A model generated the notes under the pieces. The model was not told where the DNA came from, did not search any database, and worked only from the letters and a program-made list of their open reading frames with translations. Source: Octopus vulgaris (Eukaryota). Taken from it: a DNA stretch of 64,000 nucleotides. A program made the translations under genes and the position numbers. This document shows, one piece after another, positions 13,350 to 25,850 of this stretch. The number at the start of each line of letters is the position of its first letter. The stretch's first letter is position 1. The DNA lies in the NCBI GenBank assembly GCA_951406725.2, contig OX597817.1, forward strand, positions 7,502,001 to 7,566,000, written 5' to 3'.

Positions 13350-13553
13350 CATATATACATATATACATATATACATATATACATATATACGACGGGCTTC
13401 TTTCAGTTTCCGTCTACCAAATCCACTCACAAGGCTTTGGTCGGCCCGAGGCTAAAGTAGAAGACACTTACCCAAGGTTCCACGCAGTGAGACTGAACCC
13501 GGAACCATGTGGTTGGTAGGCAAACTACTTACCACACAGCCACTCCTGCACCT
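13090..13553 (-). mobile_element. SINE family A, full length
   Basis: Colinear with 5948-6372 over its whole length. Confidence 0.92.
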
Positions 13554-13938
13554 ATATATATATAAACAAATTCATAAAATATGTGTATACTTGCTTATTA
13601 TTTATATTTAACACATGAAATATATAGAGTCGTACATCATATATCTTACAATCCATCCAACATGATGACAAACACAGTGAAGGGCACTAATGGGTTTTAT
13701 TTATACTTAAGTGTTTCATACGCATTTATTCAATTAATGTATGTATGGTTTTTCATTTATATTTCTTCAAGCTTCTTTCCCTACATAGCTTATGTGTGTG
13801 TATTTGTTGGGCATTTGTGTGCGTGTATATCTGTGCGGGCGTGCATGTATGTATTATAAATTATGAAAAACAGTAAATCAAAACTCGGCTTATGAAAAAT
13901 AAAACAATAATATATATATGTATATGTATGTATATATA

Positions 13939-14017
<79 letters not shown>

Positions 14018-14019
14018 TG

Positions 14020-14055
<36 letters not shown>

Positions 14056-14089
14056 CATATATGTATGTATGTACATATGTATATGTGTA

Positions 14090-14165
<76 letters not shown>

Positions 14166-14384
14166 TTGTCTGAAATTTTATATATATATACGCACGCGCA
14201 CACCACGCGCGCTGCCGCCCAAATACACATATATTAATTTATTTTTAGTTTCAGTCCAAGAACTGCGCCCATGCTTGAGCACCGCCGTTATCTTTGCTAC
14301 ACTTTCAGTAAACCTCCTCTGGTATATGACATTTGATGGATGAGGGTGTTTGACGTTGCTATCCTCATCTGTGTTTCTTGCCTT

Positions 14385-14690
14385 GAGGAGACCCCGTTTT
14401 GTTTTGAAAAAGCCTACATCCACGTCATGCAGGTCTCTCAGGCTTTGCGGGAGGATATTGAAGAACCGTGGGTCTTTGAATCTCAAGCTGTTGTAGTTTC
14501 TGGTTCTGTATCTTGATGGTAACAGTCGGACTTTTGGTACTGCCCAGTGGCGCTCAGTCTTTCTATTTATGTAACTGACAGAGGCCAAGTTAATCTGAGA
14601 TTTTCTAGATCTATATTACTGCATATAGTTCCCGACTTCGTTCCATGGGGAGGAGTCTTAACTCTTTCAGTCTCTCCCATTACTTGATAT
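14385..14690 (-). mobile_element. CR1-like LINE ORF2 C-terminal fragment, degenerate
   Basis: ERLKELRLLPMERSRELYAVI (LYSLERRR-like motif) and NSLRFKDPRFFNILPQSLRDLHDVDVGFFKTK. Confidence 0.75.
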
Positions 14691-14766
14691 GTCGCATTGT
14701 GAAGCTTCGAGTCACGTCGTTTATTTTACACTCTTTGGTGTATATGAATATAATACCTGTATGATA

Positions 14767-14819
<53 letters not shown>

Positions 14820-14820
<1 letters not shown>

Positions 14821-15192
14821 CTTTTACCTGTTTCAGTCATTAGACTGCAGTCATGCTGGAGTACCGCCTTGAATTTTTAGTCGAACGAATCGCCCCTAGT
14901 ACATATTTATAGCCTGGTACTTATTCTATCGGTCTTTTTGCCGAACCACTTAGTCATGGGGATGTAAACATACCGACAGCGGTTGTCAAGTGGTGATGGA
15001 GGACAAACACTGATTCACACGCACACATATATATATATACCACGGGCTTCTTTCAGTTTCCTACGAAACCCACTCACAAGGTTTTGTTCGGTCCAAAAGC
15101 TATAGTAGAAAACACTTGCCGAAGATGCCACGCAGTGGGACTGAAACCGTAACCATGTGGTTGGGAAGCAAGGTTCTTTCCATACAGTCACA
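14820..15192 (-). mobile_element. SINE family A, moderately diverged
   Basis: Colinear with the other family A copies. Confidence 0.88.
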
Positions 15193-15249
15193 TCTTTATG
15201 CATGCACAAATCAGTGTATGTTTTTGTACATATCTATGCATATACGCAA

Positions 15250-15280
<31 letters not shown>

Positions 15281-16569
15281 TGTATGTATGTATGTATGTA
15301 TGTATGTATGTATGTATGTATGTATGTATGTGTGTGAATGAATGTAGGTGGGTACATCCTTACATATATATGTCTGCATAGATATTTATATCTGTTTTCT
15401 AGTCGTTGTATGCTGCTTGTACTTGTGTGTACATATAGATCAAAATATCAGTGTATATCTATCTACACTGTTAGAGAATATTTACAATATAAACATTGCT
15501 GAAAGAGTTATTGCTCATGCTGATAGTTTTGCTGCTAACTGGTGTTATGCCCAAATATGTGGTGTTAGTGGTGAAAGCGCCCTGATGATGACAGACATTG
15601 CATTGAATATGAAGTTGAAAATAAGAAATGGAGAGTGAAAGAGATAAACGACTCTAGCCTAAGTAAATTATTCAGTTCTTACAATTTTAACGCAAAGAAT
15701 ATATTAACCAAGGGTTGGTGGATAGAGCAGTTATTTGTTATTGTATTTTAGCTTCTGTGTCTTACTTTTACTTCATTATATTTCTCAATCATTTCATATA
15801 TATATATATATAAATCAATTCAATTCTTTTTAAGTACTTATATGTGTATTTTACTATAAATTAAAAATCGAAATCACAATTTTCTGTCGCTTAAAATTAT
15901 TTTTGTTTGTAATTTTTTATTTATTTTTTTCCTTGTTTATCGTTTTGTTTTTTGTTAGTTTTTTTAGCATAGGTACCCAGACACACAGCGTGAAAATGTC
16001 AGAAGTATTACAACGACATATTAAGAAAGCAATAAATCTCCGACGGGAGTGGGAATAGTTAATACAGCTTTTGACAGCAAAATATTAGAAATATTTTTTT
16101 TTCTTAATTTACTGCTTTGCAGAGAATTTCTACTATTTCCGTAAAATATTTAACGTTTTAAATTATTATATTTTCTAAATTATTTCTGCCTTATATATTA
16201 TTTTTCCATTCCGTTTCACTTTGCTATATAAAGAAAACACTTAATAAGGAAAGTTAAATGAAATAGCCATAATTCATTGCTCCAGTGTATAAACATAACG
16301 TATATTAGTCTTCCGAATAAATGAAATTATAGAAATATAGTCATCTTCAGATATATGTGTGCATGCGCTTGAGGGTGCGTTTTTTATGTGTCATGGTGCT
16401 AAATTGTTTTGTTTCTGTGTGTATGCGTGTGCACAATAACGTATGTGTATAGTAAAGTATTCAAAATTTATGTGGATATATTATGTTGTTTATAAAGATA
16501 TATAAAAATCGATCGTTATATTTATGTTCCCTTGAAAATATATATATATATACGTATACATGTATATAT

Positions 16570-16607
<38 letters not shown>

Positions 16608-16721
16608 CAATATATATGTATATATATATGTGTGTGTATATATATATATATATGTATGTATGTATGTATGTATATATATATATATATATATATATACATA
16701 CATATATATATATACATACAT

Positions 16722-16792
<71 letters not shown>

Positions 16793-18699
16793 GCATAGAG
16801 ATTACGCTCTTCAACCATTTTGTGTATTAAGAGTAATGCATCATGAACATTGGGTTCTAGAATCGCTTCAACAAACAACTCTGTTGAAAAAATCTAAGAA
16901 CTATATAGAAGCAATTATACACATATAGATACACATTGTTTTAAATTATTTCGTTATAATATCCCTTCCACCAATAAAAGTTTTTACGACAGACTTAATT
17001 TGGAAACACTTAAAGTCTATGTTTGTTAAATGTTTGCATGAGACATTTATTTCGGAGGGGGAAATCAATCACACTCGTTATCATCTTCTGTAGCTCATTT
17101 ATTTAAGAAAAACATTTTCTATTAAGTTTAATTTTATTTCCCCAGAACCCTGACCCCTCATAATATATTTGACTAATTTTTGAAATGATTAAAAATCAGT
17201 TATTCATTAATGCATTAAGATGTTCAACAGGCAAGACTTCGAAGTCACTGGTAGTTTTTATAGAAATGTGTATCTCATCCTACCTAACATATTGAGTTGT
17301 TTAGTCAGATAAAAGCTTACGTTTCTTATATTAGTGACTAAAAATTTATATTAATAAATGAATTCATTTTGAGTGAACCCTTTATAAACATAAACGGTTG
17401 TTTAAAAACTACTACAGCGACAACATCATCACTTCTGTGTGAAAAATATACCTACATATTTAGAGAAAGTGCATCTAAAATGCTTTCATAGACAGTTTTA
17501 TTAAGAGGATCAAATAGAAATATTATTTCCCCGAAGAAACCTAACATGAAGATCAAACAGAAAATTAATTTTTGTTAAATATCCACATTCAAACAAGTTA
17601 ATATAAGCGTTTGAAAACGACTTATTTCTTTTTGATTAAAAACATTAATTCAGAAGAAACAAGAACTCGTTTAAAATAAGATCAAGAAGTTATTAGCAAT
17701 AATTTTTGTCAACGAAAATTAAACAAAAATCGACAAGCAGCCCCACCCATCCGTCTTCTCTTTAATTCAACTACAAATATATATAAAAAGCAAATTATAA
17801 AATGTTAAACGATATTAATATAAAATGATATCAATATAAAAGCGTTTCCAACGAATAAAATATTGTACGCGAGGCCGAGGTACTTGTAACATAACGCACA
17901 TTTCCAATTTTGAGACCATAAGTCGCCATTCTACAAGAATGATTAATCCTTCACAAATAGATACAAGAATCATTAGCAAAAAAATATATTACGAAATATA
18001 TTACTCTCTATGATTTCCAAAATCATTGCACCCCCCCCCCCCAACCTTGATGAAAAATAAATATTCAATAATGCAATGATTTAACCTAAAACTGGGAGAG
18101 AACATTTCCATTTCTTCCTCTTTCTTTCAATTAATTAACAATTATCCAACAATCACGAACTTTTTTTTAATCACGTGTAACCCTCTTAATAACTCATCTC
18201 AAGAATACAGACATTGATATAATTTTACGAGTTAAAAGTTGATAGACTTCTATGACAAATACATTTAGATTAAGAACCATAAATGACGTATGGGTTCGAA
18301 GAATTCAGATGACAGAAAAAATTGGTAAATTAATATTCTAAATACCCGATACCCAAGCATTTCTAGAGCTTTATTTGGAGAGGATGTCCCATTATTATTA
18401 GGTCACAATAATTCCCAACTACTAGTAGATTCTACAAGAATAGCCAAATTTTTCCAAAGTCCAGGATCCTTAAGTACAGGTGAAGCCTTTCTAAATTTTC
18501 TTGAATTACTTGAATAGTCAGCTCTCAAAAAATAAGATATGTATTGTTTATCATCGTACAGCCAACTAGTAAGTGCCAGTCAATGACAGTAGCTACAGAG
18601 GTTTAAAACTACTTAAACATTTTCTTTTAGCCAGACATACTAAAATACCAGTTATATTTCATTTGAGGAAAAATCTATCGCAAATAGATAAGTTCAATG

Positions 18700-19231
18700 T
18701 ACTACAGTTAATAAAAATTATTATACCCTATAATAATTTATAATTTACTGTATACTTATCTCGAGATATTTTCTGCGATACATATACAAATACTATTCTT
18801 TCAAAAGGTACCTAGATCAAACACATATCCATTATTGAAATGGTATAAAAATATAATATCTTTGGTCCTTTGAAATTTTTACTGAAGATTAATGATAAAT
18901 TCCTTTTGCGTCAAATTTTATCAGCATTTAAACATGTTAGAAACCAAAGCAAAATAGTAGATACGTCTCCATGGATGTGCATTTCGAACGCCATGTCAAT
19001 AAAAACGTCTCTTTCTACTGAATCGTATGATTTGAAAAGCCTATTAAGAGACATTGTTAGGTTTGCATCTTTAAATGCTACGAATTTCTGGTCACCAATT
19101 AATTTCCTTTGAAAAATAGTCTCCACTTGCAGATATGCATACTTTCGCAAATCAAAACGTTTCAAATCAATATCAAATGATTTAACTAATCTCGTATATA
19201 TTCTCATATCCTGAATATTTCTGAAATTCAA
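18700..19231 (-). pseudogene. Degraded coding-like segment; weak resemblance to a parvovirus/densovirus NS1-type SF3 helicase. Alternative reading: cellular exon 18965-19220
   Basis: 106-codon high-complexity ORF 18911-19231 ending FLTCLNADKI*, then RKRNLSLIFSKNFKGPK, and a shifted frame YVFD.GTF*.NNICIC.AENISR*VY.KL*IIIG. Motif resemblance only; no intact Walker A. Confidence 0.25.
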
Positions 19232-19496
19232 GCCGTCTCTACTGAGGTTCCAAGCCTTATTTTATTTTTACGTTTTACACTTTGACTGACAATTCTTTCA
19301 ATCTATCATTAAATCGCTTATTTTTTGTTTGTTTGTTTTTTGCTTGTTTGTTTTTTCATTATTCTGTTTCATATTACACCAAAAAATTTAGCCTGTTACC
19401 AGTTCACGTACCCAACAGAAATCTTATACCCTATAATAATTTATAATTTACCGTATACTTATCTCGAGATATTTTCTGCATTACATATACAAATAT

Positions 19497-19857
19497 GGCT
19501 TTACATTATCGAGCGATTACTGTTTACATCTCATTCTGAGATTTAATAATGCTTACAGTTAGTTTTTCGAAATCAGTGGCAGACGTCACTAGAAAAACTC
19601 TTATATATTTGCAAAGCAGCCTTGTCTTTCATCGCGACCTGGTGGTTACCGCCCGTTGATAAGGGACAATAATCCCGAAACTAGTCCGAGTGTATCACTC
19701 AGGCTTGCGAGAAAGGGATGGCCTCCCTTTGCAAATACTTCAAGGACACTGAAATGGTGTCTAAAGCCAGCTGGAGACGACGATCTCCTGGGGCTATAGA
19801 GCTACAGTAACACCCCCTCCCCAATGTGGTTAGCCATATTAAGATGGCTTCTATACT
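19497..19857 (+). mobile_element. 361-bp non-coding retrozyme-like (HHR-bearing) insertion with 16-bp target-site duplication
   Basis: TTACATATACAAATAT at both 19481-19496 and 19858-19873. Uninterrupted site at about 18779-18795. Contains a hammerhead and several hairpins. Confidence 0.8.
19638..19703 (+). ncRNA. Minimal type I hammerhead ribozyme, U3-A8 core variant
   Basis: UUGAUAA (19656-19662), stem II GGGA/UCCC with loop CAAUAA, GAAA (19677-19680), palindromic CUAG loop, UC with predicted cleavage after 19686. Stem I: cctggtggttaccgcccg pairs imperfectly with cgagtgtatcactcagg. Confidence 0.8.
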
Positions 19858-21035
19858 TTACATATACAAATATTGTTATTTCAAAAGGTACCTTGATCAA
19901 ACACATATCCATTATCGAAATGGTATAACAATATAATATCTTTGGTCCTTTCAACCTTTATTTTTTTATTTAATACATAGAGTATACTTACGAAGTTTGT
20001 AACTGCGAGATTTTATTCTATCCTAAGATTTCCAAAATTAATCTACAGTTAAAATTAATGACTAGATTATTTACGAAATAATCTAAAGCACGTTAAGTTT
20101 ATACTAATCCAATTTGTACAAACTTCAGTTACGTACTTTTTATTTAGATTCACATCTAAGATTTTAACACATTGTAATTAAGTAACATAATATCAAATTT
20201 ATTAATTCCTGCTGCTTTATTTTTGTGAAATCTTATTTTAGTTCATATAGAGATTCTTTCAGTTTTTCCTTGTTTTCAGACTATTGCTGATAAGTGCTAT
20301 TTTTGTGGTTACTAATTCATTTTAGCAATTAAACAATTGAATTTCATCAGCAAAGATAAATTGATAAATAAGCGATAGAGCAGTTTTTACGCTTCAGATT
20401 TCATCTACCGTTAAAATGTTCCTATGTCTACAGAAAAATCTAGAACAAATTATATTTACATTAGTTTGTAAAACTTCAATTATTTATTCTTTAATAGGAA
20501 CTTTGTCTTAATTAATTTTAATTCGGCATACATACCTAAACAGATGTATTTAGCAAATGTTCTTTTTCTTAATTCTTTTCAGTTCACAAACACACACACA
20601 GACACAACGCTCAATGCTTGTCTGCATCTATATATACATACAAGTATGTATATATGCAGATAAATACATACATACATGCATACATATATACATGTGCACA
20701 CACACACACACACACACAGACATATATATATACATGCATATATACATATATGTGGAAATGAAAGACAACGGAAAATATGAAAGCTTCGGATAACGCGAAG
20801 ACCCATCTTCAAAAGAAAAGAGTCCAGTTGCGCAGGTTCTGTTACTCAAAGGCGGAGTTTGAGTAACATAACACAACATGTGTGGCTAGATATTTTCCGA
20901 ACAGGTTCCTTCTCAGGATGGACATTTCAGCTTGAAACATAAAAGTCTTGTAAAACTTACTGAATTGTCAGATGCTTACTTCTATTCCCTCTTTTCTTTC
21001 TTCGGTAGGACAATGCTGCAAGCGAACTACAACGG

Positions 21036-21129
<94 letters not shown>

Positions 21130-21407
21130 GTGTGTGTGTGTGTATGTATATACATATATAATATACACATATGTGTATGTGCATATGTGTGCGTCTTTGT
21201 GTGCGATATACTTATATATACATATATATATATGTGTGTGTGTATATATATTACATAGAGTTTAATACTTTGATTAGAGTGGATACTCTGATTCTCGAAC
21301 CTGGCTGACCTGGTGGTGGTGGCGGGGATCCTGATCATGATTAATGGTTTATGATTGTTAAAAGATCACGAAGTAAAACATGCAAAGCATTATAGACTGA
21401 AGATGAA

Positions 21408-21465
21408 AGTAGTAGTAGTAGTGGTGGTGGTGGTGGTCGTGGTGGTGGTCGTGGTCGTGGTGTGC

Positions 21466-21504
<39 letters not shown>

Positions 21505-21523
21505 GGTGGTGGTGGTGGTGGTG

Positions 21524-21577
<54 letters not shown>

Positions 21578-21885
21578 ACAGCAGCAGCAGCGGCGGCGGC
21601 AGTATAGCAGCAGCAGCGGCGGCAACAACAGCAGCAGCAGCAAGCAGAGGAAGAAGAAAAGAAGAAGAAGAAGAAGAAGAAGAAGAAGAAGGAGGAGGAG
21701 GAGAAGAAGAAGAAGAAGAAGAAGAAGAAGAGAGAAGAAGAAGAAGAAGAAGAAGAAGAAGAAGAAGAAGAAGAAGAAGAAGAAGAAGAAGAAGAAGAAG
21801 AAGAAGAAGAAGAAGGAGGAGGAGAAGAAGAAGAAGAAGAAGAAGAAGAAGAAGAAGAAGAAGAAGAAGAAGAGAAGAAGAAGAG
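21408..21885. repeat. Compound trinucleotide microsatellite (GTA/GTG/GCA/GAA/GGA)
   Basis: Read directly; explains the poly-V/S/G/E/R ORFs. Confidence 0.97.
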
Positions 21886-22018
21886 TGGAGAAGGGACTGC
21901 ATAATTATAGCGATTTTGGGGAGGATATAAGTAATAATAGATTTAGGTTAGTGAAAATAAGGTAGAAAAACGATAAAGGAATATGAAAACGTATATGAAA
22001 AATGTAAAGACTGGATGT

Positions 22019-22445
<427 letters not shown>

Positions 22446-24002
22446 AGAGATATCGTTTAAATAAAAAAGTAAATGTGGCGAAGAACAAAGGAATAAATAT
22501 AATGTAGGAAAGAGGCAGAGAAAGTAGATTGAAGTGGGTTACTAATAGAAGGAAGAGGTGCTAAATTAAATTATTTATCAAACTGAGATCTAGTCGGGGC
22601 GAGGGTTGTTGTATTTTTTTTCATTTCTTTATCGTCCTTATTTTAGAATTCTCGACAACTCATTAATTACAAAGGATCACGTGACTACGATCATGAAATG
22701 GCAAAATATAAGCCTCATCGATTTCTGCTATTCCGATCACAATTCTCAAGGACCTGCAGGTGCTTCCCCTATTACAAACACTAGCGATAGATGTTATTAA
22801 TACTACCATCGTCTCGCCATCACCTTCATAGCAAGCACAGCTAAGCACCAACGTCACCACAACAAAACCATCTTCAACATCAACAGCATCACCAACGTCA
22901 ACAACTTCTTTGACGCAAACATCAACATGACGCCCACATCGACTACACCATCACACCACTTTAGAATAATACAAACAATAGTGCACAAATAGAGAGATAG
23001 AATAATATACCCGCCATTATTTTTCAACTCGATTCCACTCTTTACAATCTTATTTAGTGGGTGTGCCTTCATGCCTTCGCTTATCTAGTCTTCCCCTTGA
23101 GGGTCTATAGCTATTTCAGCCCTTCAGAGTCTGCTGTAATATTAGCTAGTTTGGACCTCAAAATCCCCTAGCAGAGGAATTTGTTTGCAGGATTGAAGCA
23201 TGATATAATACAATATTTCTTCTCCTTTATTCCAAAAACATCCAGGTAGAACCAAAATCTTGAACTCTTCAGTAGCAATTAGTTGACAGGTAAATCGACT
23301 GAATTATACTTTATTCTATAATAATCCATTCTATTGTGGGACTATTTACTCACCTGGCTTTCAGAATCCAATGTCGGATGATTCGGAAAATCATGCAACT
23401 TGATTTAATGAGAATAAGAATAATTATTATGCATTGAGAATTTCTTTTGTCTGTTATAAGCAGATTTATGCGTTCAATGCGATAATTAAATATTTGTATT
23501 TTGCTGTGTACATAGTAGTTCGAATAATTTTATTTCACTGAGGAATGTTTATTTTCGCCTCTGTTTCTGTACATAATAATGACAGTATTATGTCATACCC
23601 AGCAATTAAATTATGAGTGATGACTTCCACTTTTATACCTTACATACTGCTTATTTTAGTTTGTTTCAGTATACTTTCACTTTGACAATTCCCTCATTTC
23701 ATTCTGAGCGATGTTTTAGCTAGAAAGGACTGCTGTTTAGTACTGATATTCACATCTGGAAACATGAGTATCCGTCAACAACTCTTATTCAGGGATCATT
23801 TGAGCGGGATGGGCTACTTGAGCTGACGAAAATTCTAACTGGGCCCCACCTGCAAGGTCATGCGCTGCTTATCTTGATATGAGATCACCATGTCGTGCAC
23901 ACATGTTTGTGATGCATGTGCCTGGTGTACCTTTATCAGACAAGTAGTCATGATGGGTATACTGTGCTTCATGTATTTTACACCAGTGTCTGATAATGCA
24001 GA

Positions 24003-24117
24003 ACCAGACAGTGACTCTCGTCGGTTTCTGCCCTGATGCGGTACCATGCAGTGATTCTCGTGGCTTTATGCGCTAATGCTGTACCAGGCAGTGGCCTTCG
24101 TGTCTTTACGTCCTGAT
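24003..24117. repeat. Degenerate 40-bp minisatellite, about 3 units
   Basis: Units start at 24003, 24043 and 24083 (acca..cagtg...tcgt...ttt..g..ct.at). Confidence 0.75.
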
Positions 24118-24194
24118 TCAGTAGCTTTTGATCTTAACTGATTGTACCCCCGGGTCACTATGATGGCAATAATAATAACAATAATAATAATAAT

Positions 24195-24408
24195 CCTTTC
24201 TACTAAATGCACAAGGCCTGAAATTTTGGGGGATCGGGTTAGTCGATTATATAGACCCCAGTGTTTCACTAGTCTTTAACATATCGTCCCCGAAAGAATG
24301 AAAGGTAAAGTCGACCTCGGCGGAATTTGAACTCAGAACGTAAAGGACAGACAAAATACCGCTTAGCATTTTGCCCGACCTGTTGACGATTCTGCCGGCT
24401 CGCTGTCT
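24195..24408 (-). mobile_element. SINE family B
   Basis: Minus strand gcgagccggcagaatcgtcaa..gggcaaaatgctaagcggtattttgtc..gttctgagttcaaattccgccgaggtcgactttacctttcattctttcgggg, with an (ATT)n tail beyond. Confidence 0.88.
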
Positions 24409-25258
24409 AATAATGATGATGATATCAGCATTGTTATTCTTGTTATCATTATTAATTATATTGTTTTCTATATTAGATTTCAAAGAGATGGAAATACATA
24501 TATATGGTCTGTGTTATTTCGAAGACTGAGAATGACAGCTGAAAATAAACAGATGCTCAATAAAAATAATAATAATAAAGAACGTGTTTGAAAAAAAAAA
24601 CTGAATCTTTAATAAGAAATGAAAGAAAGAAGAGCCCACAGTAGAGAAAGGTGGGGGATAAAACACTTTTTTGCTACAAGCATGACTGAAATGACAGATA
24701 TTATTTTCAAAAAGTAAAATATAGCAAAATATAGCTCAGACTTAAATTATTCATGAATACGATGCCCAATGATGGTTGCAATAAAAACTGAAAGAATGGG
24801 TTTGGCACCTTCTCCAGAAACAAGGGAATTGCTAATTAAAGAATTTAACAGTGCCAGACATGGTGTGGCGTCTAAAATAAAACAAAAATTACTGTTTAAA
24901 TTCATAATGAGAAACTTGCTCTCACTTATTGGTGTGAGAAGAAAAAAAAAAGAAGCAACACAGGAGGAAGAAGAGAAAAAAAAACGAAAACTTAGTTGAA
25001 GTTCGGACACATCAGCACATACACTTCTTAGCTTCTCTCATATTATCTGTTTAGCTGGCTAAACCGAACTACGTATTGGCAATCAGAAGTTCAATTTTTG
25101 TCACTGAAGATGTGTCTGCATTCAAAAACATGTCTTCCAAATGACTAAGTCTATGTGGGTGTGCATAAGTGCCAGAGAATCAGTACTACACACATACAAT
25201 CACAATATATATATATATATGTATATATATTTATATATATATATATATATATATATGC

Positions 25259-25348
<90 letters not shown>

Positions 25349-25356
25349 GTATGTAT

Positions 25357-25428
<72 letters not shown>

Positions 25429-25569
25429 ATATGTATGTATGCATGCATGTATGTATGGCTGCGTGTGTGTCTACATATATATATATGTATGTATATATAT
25501 ATATATATGTATGTATGTATGCATGTATGTGTGTATGTATACAAACACACGCACAGACACACACACACA

Positions 25570-25765
25570 TAGTCAGAAACGTCAAATTGCGTCGCATAAA
25601 TTATTTAGCCGCCTTTCTTCCAACATTTTACGTCCTAATTTCCACTCCCTCAAATTTGCTTTTCACCTTTGCGGAATCGATAAAATAAATACCAGTAAAG
25701 CACTGTAGTCGATAACACTATCTTCAGACTGGAAGTTGTCCTCCTTGTGCCAAGATTAGAAAATT
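25570..25765 (+). mobile_element. SINE family B, highly diverged
   Basis: cagaaacgtca...tttgcttttcacctttgcggaatcgataaaataaataccagt...cttgtgccaagattagaaa. Confidence 0.6.
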
Positions 25766-25850
25766 TTATTTTTTATGTGTGTGTGTGTGGTGCGTGTGTA
25801 TATGCCTGTGCGTACGTATGTGTGTACGCGCGCGCATAAATATATATGTA

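Larger units (their letters stand above)
18721..19951. repeat. Local direct duplication of about 150 bp; second copy interrupted by an insertion
   Basis: 18721-18871 matches 19424-19496 joined to 19874-19951 (ttataccctataataatttataattta...atataatatctttggtccttt). Confidence 0.93.

Noticed and set aside
21341-21930. ORFs with poly-V/S/G/E/R or poly-L/P/H tracts
   Set aside because: Trinucleotide microsatellite open in several frames on both strands, with no unique coding flank.
24769-24999. Lys/Glu-rich plus-strand ORF
   Set aside because: Driven by purine-rich low-complexity sequence; no domain.
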